Shown: piece after piece, positions 51,719-61,231 of the stretch
Layout of the letters: each line of letters opens with the position of its first letter
Position numbering within the stretch: position 1 is the first letter of the stretch
Assembly (NCBI GenBank): GCA_963932905.1
Contig: CAWVRN010000002.1
Span: 64,001-128,000 of the forward strand
Length of the DNA stretch: 64,000 nucleotides
From: an uncultured Bdellovibrio sp.
GTDB lineage: Bacteria > Bdellovibrionota > Bdellovibrionia > Bdellovibrionales > Bdellovibrionaceae
Reading direction: 5' to 3'
Notes under the pieces: model-generated
The model's database searches: none
What the model saw: only the letters and a program-made list of their open reading frames with translations
Told to the model about the DNA's origin: nothing
Made by a program: the position numbers and the translations under genes

Positions 51719-52888
51719 ATGACAGTAATGAATACGAAATTGGGTGTTAATCAATTTGGTGCCACTCAGACCAAAGCAACTTCTTCAAATGCTTCGCAGG
51801 CACAACTAACGGACGCTGATTTAAAAAAATTAGGCGGGGACAACGTTGGTGATGTTCTAAATAAAGTTGCGGATCCAAATTGGGTCGATCCTTCTAAGAA
51901 AATGCGTACTGTCGGTAATGATAAATTAGATAAAGATGCGTTCTTTAAACTAATGTTGGCGCAAATGAAGAATCAAGATCCGACGAATCCTTTAAAGTCA
52001 CACGAGATGGCCGCACAGTTAGCCAGCTTCTCGTCACTCGAGCAAATGCAAAATATGAATACAACATTAACTGATCTGAAGAATGGTCAGAAGCCAACTG
52101 AACAGTTTCAGGTGTTGAATTTATTGGGTAAAGGCGTTGCTGGGGATTCGTCTAAAATTCTTCGTAATCCTGGTGATAAGTCTCATGAATTTGTTTTCAA
52201 TTTACCAATGAAAGCGAAAGAAGCGGACATCCGCGTTCGTAATGCTGATGGTGAAGTTGTGAAAACATATAAATTAACAGGGTTGAAAGAAGGCGAGAAT
52301 CGTCTTCCTTGGAATGGCCAAGATGAAAAAGGAAACGCGGTACCTGCTGGTGAATATCAATTCTTCATCGAAGCGAAAAATGATCAAGGACAGAAGATGG
52401 CCATCAAAACAGAATTCGAAGGTCAGATTACCGGCGTGAACTATGCTCCGGAAGGACCAGTGTTGTTAATTGGAAATCAAGCGATCCGTCTACGTGATGT
52501 TAAGAAAATCGTTGATCCTCAGCTGATGAATGCTCCAAGTAAAGCTAACGAAATAAATCCAGAACTTCAAGCGATGCCAGCGGCTCCGCAACCAGGCGCA
52601 GTTCCGGGTGCTCCTCAGCTTCCTCCAGGAATGCCGGGGCTTCCCGCAATGCCAGGTTTATCTATGACTCCGCCAGTAGGCGCCGGTGGGGCTTCCACGG
52701 TACCACCGCAACCGCAAGCACCAGCGGACGGCAAAGGATCAACTCAAGCATCGGCGAATAGCAAAGCCGCTCAACCTAAAAAAGAAGTTCAGGGCGCACC
52801 GCCGGCACCCCAACGAAGCAAGCTTTTAGATCAAGTAGGCTTATCGAGTGAGATGATGGGTAAGATAGCTAAAGAAACTTCAATGTAG
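51719..52888 (+). CDS. flgD: Flagellar hook capping protein FlgD with Pro-rich C-terminal extension
   Basis: LDKDAFFKLMLAQMKNQDPTNP, AQLASFSSLEQM, WNGQDEKGNAVPAGEY. Confidence 0.93.
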   Translation: MTVMNTKLGVNQFGATQTKATSSNASQAQLTDADLKKLGGDNVGDVLNKVADPNWVDPSKKMRTVGNDKLDKDAFFKLMLAQMKNQDPTNPLKSHEMAAQLASFSSLEQMQNMNTTLTDLKNGQKPTEQFQVLNLLGKGVAGDSSKILRNPGDKSHEFVFNLPMKAKEADIRVRNADGEVVKTYKLTGLKEGENRLPWNGQDEKGNAVPAGEYQFFIEAKNDQGQKMAIKTEFEGQITGVNYAPEGPVLLIGNQAIRLRDVKKIVDPQLMNAPSKANEINPELQAMPAAPQPGAVPGAPQLPPGMPGLPAMPGLSMTPPVGAGGASTVPPQPQAPADGKGSTQASANSKAAQPKKEVQGAPPAPQRSKLLDQVGLSSEMMGKIAKETSM

Positions 52889-52896
52889 GAATTTAA

Positions 52897-53385
52897 ATGA
52901 ACCACTGGAAACCATGTAGCAGTTGTAAGAAAGAAATCGGATTTAATACGAAATATTACGAGTGCAGTGTTTCCACATGTACGGGTTCGCGAACTGGATA
53001 TGTTTTTTGTTCTGTTCCATGCTGGGAACGTCACCTTCCTGGCGCTAAACATCGCGATGCCGCTGCCATAGAAAAAAAATCTCCTACCCAGGCCGAATTT
53101 GAAAAGTCACAAGAGACCGTGGCCCCAGTTGGTGGTCAACGGCGAATTATTGCTTCATCAGCACCATTGTCCTCTACCGCCGCCACCAAGAAAGACGAAA
53201 ATGAAATCTTAGTCGTTGTTTCTAAAGTAAAAGCTTATATCAAATCGCAAGCCGACATGAATGTTTCTGACGAGATAATGGACATTCTTTCTCATCGAAT
53301 CCGTTATTTCTGCGACCAGGCGATTAAACACGCTCAAGCTGACGGAAGAAAAACGGTTCAAGACAAAGATATGAAAGTTAGCTGA
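52897..53385 (+). CDS. Bacterial histone-fold protein with N-terminal ZZ-type zinc finger
   Basis: C7/C10/C23/C28/C38/C42/H46/H52 zinc-finger pattern; C-terminal EILVVVSKVKAYIK...MNVSDEIMDILS...AQADGRKTVQDKD resembles the Bdellovibrio histone, including the RKTVxxxD clamp. Confidence 0.85.
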   Translation: MNHWKPCSSCKKEIGFNTKYYECSVSTCTGSRTGYVFCSVPCWERHLPGAKHRDAAAIEKKSPTQAEFEKSQETVAPVGGQRRIIASSAPLSSTAATKKDENEILVVVSKVKAYIKSQADMNVSDEIMDILSHRIRYFCDQAIKHAQADGRKTVQDKDMKVS

Positions 53386-53483
53386 AATCTGTTATTTCTC
53401 ATAAAATAATTATTTTTTTTAGTGTTCAATAGTCTGCCTTTATACTATTCCTATCATTTACTTTTTATCGCGTTGGAGTTGCT

Positions 53484-55433
53484 TTGGAATTACTGAGTGC
53501 CATTTTATCTGAGAAAAGTGATTTAGGGCCACAAGGGCGTGCCAAATGGTTATCGCGTTTGCTGTTCTGGTTCCAGCGTTCGCGTTCTTCTGATGAAAAG
53601 GAAATCAATTGGGAAAAGATCTACACCACTCGTTTAAAGTTTATCATTGTTCAGCTCAGAGCCAATCCTGAATGGCGGGATAATGTCGAGTCTAATTTAC
53701 GGCATGTCTTGATTGATCTGCTGACGTCACATCAATTGTCTAGCGCAGGGTTGCCGGACGAAACTAGTTTTTTTCAAGATTTTTTTCATCGTGTTCAAGA
53801 CAAGATTCTTCCGGATGGACTTTTCCAAAATGACCTAGCGTCCATACTTAAGCATACTTTTGATTCCGAGAATGAAATAGTGATTATTGATGCCATCGAC
53901 GAGGAAACTATTAGTGAGTTCATTGTCGAAGTATTTCGAGATAAGTCAGACCACAAGTTAATGAGGTCAGCCTTGATTCAGTCGTTAATACGAACCAGTA
54001 TCCAACTAGCCAATAGCTCTTTGTTGTTGTCGAATAAGTTGTTTAAGCGCGGATTTTCAAATTGGGAAAATGCAGAACGTATTTCAAAAAGTATTTTGTT
54101 TGATTTTGCCAACGCAGGTGAATCGATAAATGTTGTTCAATTGTGTGAATCTATTAATGAACTAGAAAAAGTCACCAACATTATCCAGAGCAATTTGGGT
54201 AAGATGGGTGTTGAGATTGAGGTCGTCTATACACTTCAAATACAACTTAAACGTATAAAGCGTTTAAAATTATTAACTAACTTTTTAGACGAAAAACTTT
54301 CAACGGCATTGGCTAGTCGACTATTTTTCTCTGAATTGGTGAAGGATGTCTACGAAAGCCGCGGCATCAAAGGATTTCTGGTTACCAATCTAGAGTTACT
54401 AGCAAAACGTGTAGTGCAGGGTAACTCAGCCGTGGGTGAACACTATATCGCAAAAACCTGGGATGATGTCAGGGCTATGTTTCTGTCGGCTTTGGGTGGA
54501 GGTATGGTTACCTCAATGACCGTATTCATCAAACATGTACTTTCGCTTATAGGCCTAACCGGATTTTTAAAAGGCGCCGCGGATGCCGTGAACTATTCTT
54601 GCAGTTTCTTGGCGATTCAACTAGCGGGTTTCACGTTAGCAACTAAACAGCCTTCGACAACGGCCGCGTTCTTGGCCAAAACGTTAGAGACCTCGACTCG
54701 CGAAAGTGTCCTTTCTATATTTTATATTTTGCGTGCTCAAATTGTTGCCGTTATCGGTAATGTTTCTGCTGTGGTTCCAATTTGTTTTTTTCTTTCATTG
54801 GGATTCCAAAAAATGGGACATCCCATGATGAGTTTAGAAGAGGCTCGTTCGGTGTTTGCTTCTACCCACTTGCTGGGGCCAACAGTTGTATTTGCCTGCT
54901 TCACCGGGGTGTTGCTGTTCCTATCCAGTCTAGTTGCAGGCTGGTTTGAAAATTTTTGTATCGTCACTAGCTTGCCAACACGTATTCGTCACAACAGTAA
55001 ATTATCCGCTTTAATAGGAAAAAAAGCGGCGTTGAATTTTTCTGAATTTATCAAAGAAAATAGTAACGCATTGGCGGCTAATATTTCTCTAGGTTTATTA
55101 CTTGGTTTAGTTCCTCAATTGCTAAAGTTTCTAAGCATACCGCTAGAAGCCCGTCACGTAACTCTGGCCTCGGGCGCTTTTGCATCGTCATTACCCATTA
55201 TGCTAGATCAAACCGAATATTCTGTTTTTGAATTTGCAAATGCAATAAGCGGGCTCGTGTTGATCGGTTTTTGTAATTTGATTGTCAGCTTCTCACTGTC
55301 CTTAACACTGGCTCTGGCAGCGTCTGAAGGGTCACGTGGTTCAGTGATGAAATTATTAAGATGGACAGGAAAGACGGTGATTCGTCGGCCGTATATGCTG
55401 ATTTATCCGGAAAGAAGAAAGAAAAAGAGCTAG
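53484..55433 (+). CDS. Gcr/'SpecificRecomb'-family multi-pass membrane protein
   Basis: GEHYIA, SALGGG, NYSCSF, FTLATKQPSTTA, Q..AVIGN, AGWFEN, NISLG, EARHVTLASG, NLIVSFSL. Confidence 0.75.
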   Translation: MELLSAILSEKSDLGPQGRAKWLSRLLFWFQRSRSSDEKEINWEKIYTTRLKFIIVQLRANPEWRDNVESNLRHVLIDLLTSHQLSSAGLPDETSFFQDFFHRVQDKILPDGLFQNDLASILKHTFDSENEIVIIDAIDEETISEFIVEVFRDKSDHKLMRSALIQSLIRTSIQLANSSLLLSNKLFKRGFSNWENAERISKSILFDFANAGESINVVQLCESINELEKVTNIIQSNLGKMGVEIEVVYTLQIQLKRIKRLKLLTNFLDEKLSTALASRLFFSELVKDVYESRGIKGFLVTNLELLAKRVVQGNSAVGEHYIAKTWDDVRAMFLSALGGGMVTSMTVFIKHVLSLIGLTGFLKGAADAVNYSCSFLAIQLAGFTLATKQPSTTAAFLAKTLETSTRESVLSIFYILRAQIVAVIGNVSAVVPICFFLSLGFQKMGHPMMSLEEARSVFASTHLLGPTVVFACFTGVLLFLSSLVAGWFENFCIVTSLPTRIRHNSKLSALIGKKAALNFSEFIKENSNALAANISLGLLLGLVPQLLKFLSIPLEARHVTLASGAFASSLPIMLDQTEYSVFEFANAISGLVLIGFCNLIVSFSLSLTLALAASEGSRGSVMKLLRWTGKTVIRRPYMLIYPERRKKKS

Positions 55434-55460
55434 GCTAAAAACCCAGCTCTTTCGAATGAA

Positions 55461-56300
55461 TTATTTTTGAACGATGTTTCTTAAACCTGAAGAACCATTC
55501 GCGCCATAAACTGCTTTAGCAATTCCCGCGCATTGAGCTGCGACCGCCGCGATAGATTGGGCTCCGATTTTACCAAACACTATTTGTCCCACAGTGAAGT
55601 CTGGATCGTCATCTAAATGGCAATCAGCTACGACTGGGTATTGATTTACATCTAATTTTGGATTTTTAATTGCTGCAGAGCCGTTGTTTTTGTAGGCCGC
55701 CGTAGCGATTAGTTTACATTGGTTCATCGCTTCTAAGAAGTCAGACGTCGCGATTTGACCAACAGCAATTTGTCCTGCCGTGAAATCAGGGTCATCGTCA
55801 ATTTCGCACGTCGCCTCTACGAAGTAAGTTGGTTTTTGTATTACCGTGGCATTTGAAATTCCAAACGAGTACTGAGTCGAACCACTTGATTTGGCGATTG
55901 CCTCACAATCCGCTAAAATGGCACGAATTGAACTGCCCTTCAGCGTACCACCACTCATTTGCCCTGGTGTAAAATCAGGGTCGTCATCGATTTCACATTT
56001 TGCTGACATAATCACACGGTTATTTACAGGAGGTGGTGGGTAGTTAGGCTCATTGGGTGGGTAGGTTTCATTTAAAGAGTCGTTTAGGTTTCTTTCTGCC
56101 GCTGTCAGGCGTCTTTTAATTTGCTGCAATTTGCGAGTGATGTCTTGGACACTTCCGCCGCGGCCTAAATCAGAAATGGTACGAGTTAGCTCTTGTCGAG
56201 CCGCTGAAACTTGTTCTGTACCTTTTTGAACAAGAAAGTCGTCAGCCGCCATCGCGCTGAAAGCGACTAGGTAGCTGGATAAAATAAGTGATTTTTTCAT
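55461..56300 (-). CDS. Secreted protein with three C(E/H)(I/L)DDDPDFTxGQ repeats
   Basis: Start at ATG 56300 (MKKSLILSS...AMA signal peptide); three repeats of about 60 aa, each with two Cys. Confidence 0.75.
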   Translation of the reverse strand: MKKSLILSSYLVAFSAMAADDFLVQKGTEQVSAARQELTRTISDLGRGGSVQDITRKLQQIKRRLTAAERNLNDSLNETYPPNEPNYPPPPVNNRVIMSAKCEIDDDPDFTPGQMSGGTLKGSSIRAILADCEAIAKSSGSTQYSFGISNATVIQKPTYFVEATCEIDDDPDFTAGQIAVGQIATSDFLEAMNQCKLIATAAYKNNGSAAIKNPKLDVNQYPVVADCHLDDDPDFTVGQIVFGKIGAQSIAAVAAQCAGIAKAVYGANGSSGLRNIVQK

Positions 56301-56358
56301 TGGTTCCCCCATAATTTGGGTTCGAAATGACTCCGAACCGCATTCGGTTTGGAGAGTT

Positions 56359-56374
56359 TGCAAGTGGCAGACCA
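56359..56374 (-). promoter_or_regulatory. Putative sigma54 promoter
   Basis: Minus strand TGGTCTGCCACTTGCA (GG-N10-GC, TTGCA). Confidence 0.65.
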
Positions 56375-56647
56375 ATCAAATTTCGTCGGCAAATTCAAAT
56401 TGCCCCCGCACGATGCGCCGTACTTGAACATGAATGAAATTATGAAATCTGGTCAATGAGTTGTTGATATGAAATCGACGAAAAAATACTTAGCAGTTTC
56501 TAAAAGTAGGGGATTACCTTTAGAAACTGCACCTAAAGCCAGTGAAATTTTGCCACCAGTTGGCCCTATTTTAAGTTTTAGACTAGATTTTAAAGATAAT
56601 TCTTGCTGGACTTGAAAAGCAGTCTCCAAATCTGTGATGATGAATGT

Positions 56648-57079
56648 ATGGACGTAAAGAAAATGAATACTTTAGACACCGCAATAAAGGGGACAGGCTT
56701 CCCTGCCGGTGGTATTTCTCAAGGTACTCAGGTTCCGTCTACAGGACCTTCGTTCAAAGATACGTTGAATGGATTGTCCACTGTTGACTTGAAGAAAGTG
56801 GCTAATGATGCCGGTCTAGGCGAGAAGGGAATTAAGTTCTCGAATCACGCGATCGAGCGCATGCAGTCTAGGGGAATTTCATTTAAGGCGGACGATATGA
56901 CCAAATTAAATGAAGCCGTAGATCGCGCCGCAAGTAAAGGCAGCAAAGATTCACTGATCTTGATGAATGATTCAGCTTTGATCGTGAGTGTGAAAAACAG
57001 AACCGTTGTCACAGTGATGGATAAAACCGCACTGAAAGAAAATGTGTTCACGAATATCGACAGCACGATTGTGATGTAG
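56648..57079 (+). CDS. Flagellar operon protein (TIGR02530-like)
   Basis: IKFSNHAIERMQSRGI...KGSKDSLIL...ALIVSVKNRTVVTVMD...NVFTNIDS. Confidence 0.88.
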   Translation: MDVKKMNTLDTAIKGTGFPAGGISQGTQVPSTGPSFKDTLNGLSTVDLKKVANDAGLGEKGIKFSNHAIERMQSRGISFKADDMTKLNEAVDRAASKGSKDSLILMNDSALIVSVKNRTVVTVMDKTALKENVFTNIDSTIVM

Positions 57080-57256
57080 GTCTTCGGACAAAGTAAGTAC
57101 TAAACCTTAAATTCTCGAATAGAATTTAGGGATGTAAAAAACAGGGCTGGTCCTCTTTGAGGGGGCCCTCCAAAACTCCCAGAGCCGTTTGCTCAGGGAA
57201 ATTAATTTGGTCCAAGCAGGATGCTTGGGTCATACGAACATGACATGGAGGTCATA

Positions 57257-58540
57257 ATGGGTATTCTATCGTCTCTCTACACAGGCGTATCCGGTTTAAC
57301 AGCACAAGGTGAAGCGTTAGGGGTAATTGGTGATAACATCGCCAACGCCAACACTATCGGTTTCAAAGCCTCTCGTGCAGAATTTCAAGATATCATTTCT
57401 AAGAACTTAAAAGGTATCTTAGGTGGTAACCAGATCGGTCGCGGGGTTAAAATCGGCGCGGTAAATCCAATCTTGGTACAAGGTAACGTGGATGCGACTG
57501 AAAAAGTAACTGACTTAGCAATTTCTGGCGACGGTTACTATAAAGTAAAAGGTAGCGATGGCGAATCATTCACTCGTGATGGTTCATTCCACTTTGATAG
57601 AGAAGGTTACCTAGTTACAAACGATAATCAAAAAGTTCAAGGTTTCATGACGGATGAAAAAGGTAACATCCTAAATAAAATGGCTGATATCAAATTCCCT
57701 CGTGCATTGATCCCTGCAAAAGGATCGACAGAACTGAAGCTAGATCTGAATTTAGATTCACGTGTTGAGCCTACTAAAAAATTCAACATTGACGATCCTT
57801 ACTCAACATCACACTACTCAACGGGTGTAGAGATGTACGACTCACAAGGTAACAAACATTTAGTTCAGTTCTTCTTTAATAAAGTGGCTGATCGTAAGTG
57901 GGAATATAAAGGTCTTTGTGATGGTAAAGAAGTTACCGGTGGTGAAGAAGGAAAAATGGCTCAAGTTGTTGCGGGTACATTAGACTTCACAGTAGATGGA
58001 AAATTAGAAAAACAGGAAGTAACAGATTCATCATTCAACTTCATGGGTGGAGCTTTACAAAATCAAAAAATTAAAATGAATTTCGGTGACGATATCGCAA
58101 GTGGCGGTAAAGGTTTAGATGGAACTAAACAATACGGTAAAGGTTCAGATCTAATCTCATGGCACCAAGACGGTGCGGGCGCAGGTACAATCACTGGTTT
58201 ATCGTTCAATGACGAAGGTGTGTTGACGGCGGTTTATTCGAATGGTCAAGCGGCTGACTTAGCTCAGATTGCTTTAGCAAAATTCGAAAATCCGGAAGCG
58301 TTATTCAAAGTCGGTAACAATCGTTTGAAAGAATCTAGAGATTCTGGTGGTCCATCAATGGGTGCGCCAGGCGCAGCGGGTCGCGGTAAAATTTACGCGA
58401 AATCGTTAGAGCGCTCAACGGTCGACTTAGCGACAGAGTTCGTAAACATGATTCAAAATCAACGTGGTTTCCAAGCCAATGCGAAGACAATCACGACAAC
58501 AGATGAATTACTAAACGAAATCATCCAGTTGAAAAGATAA
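57257..58540 (+). CDS. flgE: Flagellar hook protein FlgE
   Basis: SLYTGVSGL...NIANANTIGFK, TDLAISGDG, TRDGSF, YDSQG, LERSTVDLATEFVNMI.QRGFQANAK. Start at ATG 57257 after GGAGGT. Confidence 0.96.
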   Translation: MGILSSLYTGVSGLTAQGEALGVIGDNIANANTIGFKASRAEFQDIISKNLKGILGGNQIGRGVKIGAVNPILVQGNVDATEKVTDLAISGDGYYKVKGSDGESFTRDGSFHFDREGYLVTNDNQKVQGFMTDEKGNILNKMADIKFPRALIPAKGSTELKLDLNLDSRVEPTKKFNIDDPYSTSHYSTGVEMYDSQGNKHLVQFFFNKVADRKWEYKGLCDGKEVTGGEEGKMAQVVAGTLDFTVDGKLEKQEVTDSSFNFMGGALQNQKIKMNFGDDIASGGKGLDGTKQYGKGSDLISWHQDGAGAGTITGLSFNDEGVLTAVYSNGQAADLAQIALAKFENPEALFKVGNNRLKESRDSGGPSMGAPGAAGRGKIYAKSLERSTVDLATEFVNMIQNQRGFQANAKTITTTDELLNEIIQLKR

Positions 58541-58593
58541 ACACTGAATTAGCTTAATAAAATAAAAAACCCAGTTTTTTATATCAATACCCA

Positions 58594-58631
58594 GCCCCGC
58601 GATGAAGTAGAGAGCATCGTGGGGCATTTTT
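58594..58631 (+). terminator. Rho-independent terminator after flgE
   Basis: GCCCCGCGATG...CATCGTGGGGC followed by a T-run. Confidence 0.65.
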
Positions 58632-58642
58632 ATTTTCTGTGT

Positions 58643-60409
58643 TTAAGAACCAGAAATTATTTTTTGTAATTGTAAAACCTGATTTTTTAATGACAAAGCC
58701 TCATTTGCTAAGGCCTGTGCTGACGCCGCCGATTCTTCGGCAGAACCCGCGTTCATTTGCGTGGCTTGATCTAGCTGATTCATCGCTTCTGTAATCTGTC
58801 CTAGTCCAACCGATTGTTCTTGGCTGGCCCCAGAAATTTCAGAATTGAGTGCGGCCATCCTTTTAATTGAAGATACAATATTTCCTAAAACCTGTTCGCT
58901 TCGTTTTGCTGCGGCTGAACTATTTACTACCTTTTCAGTGTTTTCGTTAATCAAAGAGGATATATTTTTAGCTTGCTCAGAACTTCGTTGAGCAAGTGAG
59001 CGTACGGCCTCGGCAACTACCGCGAAACCACGCCCTTGTTCGCCTGCTCTGGCAGCCTCGACGGCAGCATTTAGGGCTAATAAATTTGTCTGAAACGCGA
59101 CATCATCTATCACCGAAACAATAGCTTGTATTTTTTCTGAACTACTAGCCATCTCGTTAATAGCAGAAATTAATTGCATAATTTGTTGTTCCCCGTTTTC
59201 TGCGTTTTTCTGACTTTCTAGTGAGAGTTGCGATGCCGACGCCGAGTTTGATGCATTTATTTTTACCATGCTTGAAAGTTCCTCTAGCGATGCCACTGTT
59301 TCTTCCAATGAGGCGGCTGCTTCAGTGGACGCGGTCGCAATGACGTCGCTTGAAGTTTTTAGTTGCGTAGAGGCAGAGCCAACATCTTCGGCACTTTGAT
59401 TGAGAGAATTTATCGTCTTGTAAATTGGGCGTGTGATCCCGGTGATGATGAAGTTAACTAGGACAAAAATTCCCAGCAGTAAACCAGCACTAATGGCAGC
59501 CAAAACAACACCCTCGGAATAGGCTCGCGTGTAAACTAGATGTACTTTTTCAAGTAGTGCATCATTTTCGTTTGCAATCAAATCAGCAATGGCGTCGATG
59601 GACTTTGTAATCGTATTAAAAAAGTCAGTTGTATTTAATCCAAAATTACCTTGATTGGATAACCTAATGACCGACACAGCAGTTTGTTTCACAGAACGCC
59701 ATTCTGTCGATGTATTAAATTCTGCGATTCCTTTTTTTGTAATATCTAAGAATATCGTCGAGGGAGAATTTAAATGGGCAGATACACCCCCAATATAGTC
59801 AGTGATTTTCTCAACCTGGCTATCAGTTAAACTTTTGTTGCTAGCTATGATTCCAGTCAATGTGGCACGCAGCTGACCGGCTTCTTCTTTGGATGTCTCT
59901 AAAACAAGTAAAGATCGAGATCGGGACAAAAGCCCATCAGTGTCTTCAATGTTAACAAGTTCTTTTTCTAGCGAAATACAGGCAGCGATCGCTGACGTAA
60001 AAAATTTAAATGTATCGGCAGGTAGTGTGGTTTGCGATTCCACCTGAGTGCGGATAGACGGCAGTTTTCCAAGAAATTCGCTAATTATATCCACAGTCGC
60101 CGATTTGGGATTCAAGGAACCAATTACTTTTTCAAATTCTGAAATTTTTTCTGATGTTTTTGCCTTTTGCTTAGATAAAACTTCGGCAGAAATTCCTTTG
60201 TTTAAAAAGCCTACCGAAATTCCTCGCTCTTTTTGCAGTTCATGAATCAACTTAGAAGACGCATAAAAAATACTGGAGTTATTTGAGATATTGTTGGCAA
60301 TCTTAATTCTTTTGTAATTTTCATTTAGCTGTAGGCTTACCATTGCTAGGTAAGCTAGAACTGGAATAATTGACGCAACGGATATTTTTGCTCTAAGACT
60401 AAAGTTCAT
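58643..60409 (-). CDS. Methyl-accepting chemotaxis protein with putative NIT (nitrate/nitrite) sensor domain
   Basis: [12 protein letters not shown] and KEEAGQLRA in the periplasmic part; [33 protein letters not shown] signalling hairpin. Confidence 0.9.
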   Translation of the reverse strand: MNFSLRAKISVASIIPVLAYLAMVSLQLNENYKRIKIANNISNNSSIFYASSKLIHELQKERGISVGFLNKGISAEVLSKQKAKTSEKISEFEKVIGSLNPKSATVDIISEFLGKLPSIRTQVESQTTLPADTFKFFTSAIAACISLEKELVNIEDTDGLLSRSRSLLVLETSKEEAGQLRATLTGIIASNKSLTDSQVEKITDYIGGVSAHLNSPSTIFLDITKKGIAEFNTSTEWRSVKQTAVSVIRLSNQGNFGLNTTDFFNTITKSIDAIADLIANENDALLEKVHLVYTRAYSEGVVLAAISAGLLLGIFVLVNFIITGITRPIYKTINSLNQSAEDVGSASTQLKTSSDVIATASTEAAASLEETVASLEELSSMVKINASNSASASQLSLESQKNAENGEQQIMQLISAINEMASSSEKIQAIVSVIDDVAFQTNLLALNAAVEAARAGEQGRGFAVVAEAVRSLAQRSSEQAKNISSLINENTEKVVNSSAAAKRSEQVLGNIVSSIKRMAALNSEISGASQEQSVGLGQITEAMNQLDQATQMNAGSAEESAASAQALANEALSLKNQVLQLQKIISGS

Positions 60410-60428
60410 TTGGTTCCCCTTACACATA

Positions 60429-60455
60429 CTATCGTCGCAATTTTTTACGACTTCA
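60429..60455 (-). promoter_or_regulatory. Putative sigma28 (FliA) promoter of the chemoreceptor gene
   Basis: TGAA-N15-GACGATAG compared with consensus TAAA-N15-GCCGATAA. Confidence 0.45.
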
Positions 60456-60584
60456 CGAAGTTGTTAAGATTTCTTGAAACAGTTTGAATTCGTATCGAAT
60501 TGACACGGAAATGCCTATTATTGTTACAAAGCATTTCACTGGACTTAAGTAGTTTTCGTTAATAACTTTTCTTTTGGGGGTTTT

Positions 60585-61211
60585 ATGAAAACTATGTGGT
60601 TACTGTGTTCGATGATGATGGTTTTAGTTTCTTGTAAGGAAATTTCCGGAACTTTGACTGTTAGCCAAGATTTTTCGGCTAATGTGAACAAGAAATGTGG
60701 TTGGAATCCGTTTGGGTCTTGTAATCCTAATAAAAAACTTCAAGTACCTGCAGGTTCTTACGAAGCGGTTGTAGATTTTGGTTCTAAAACTGAAATCAAA
60801 ATTGCGATGAAGGCTAATGCGTACAAAGAAAATATCTTTCTTTCTCGTCCGAAAAATTTTGAATTCCCGGCCAACGGTGATTTCGTTTTATCGGCGGCTC
60901 AAGTAAAACAATCATTTGATGTCAAAGGTAGAGTGCAAACGACGGTTTGGAATTCAGCTCCACAACGTGGAAATGAAAGTTGCACTTATACTCTTCCCGT
61001 GTGGGTGTGTTCTGCGGACGGCGACGGTCGTCCATACTGCCATTATGAAAATCAATCTGTTTGGGGTTATCGTATAGTTGAGTACTACAATCGCAATACA
61101 ACTCGCGATATGTGGGCTGATTTGATGGAAGGCCAGCGATCTTTGGCTCGATTCACTGGCGCGAAAACGGATTCAGAAAAAATTTATACTTACACTAGCA
61201 TCTGTCGCTAG
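60585..61211 (+). CDS. Hypothetical lipoprotein
   Basis: Lipobox LVSC; beta-rich sequence with paired Cys. Confidence 0.7.
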   Translation: MKTMWLLCSMMMVLVSCKEISGTLTVSQDFSANVNKKCGWNPFGSCNPNKKLQVPAGSYEAVVDFGSKTEIKIAMKANAYKENIFLSRPKNFEFPANGDFVLSAAQVKQSFDVKGRVQTTVWNSAPQRGNESCTYTLPVWVCSADGDGRPYCHYENQSVWGYRIVEYYNRNTTRDMWADLMEGQRSLARFTGAKTDSEKIYTYTSICR

Positions 61212-61231
61212 TTTCCTGTCTGGGGTATCTT

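Noticed and set aside
53484..55433. Treating the Gcr-family gene as evidence of a mobile element
   Set aside because: No recombinase catalytic motifs or att-like flanking repeats are visible.
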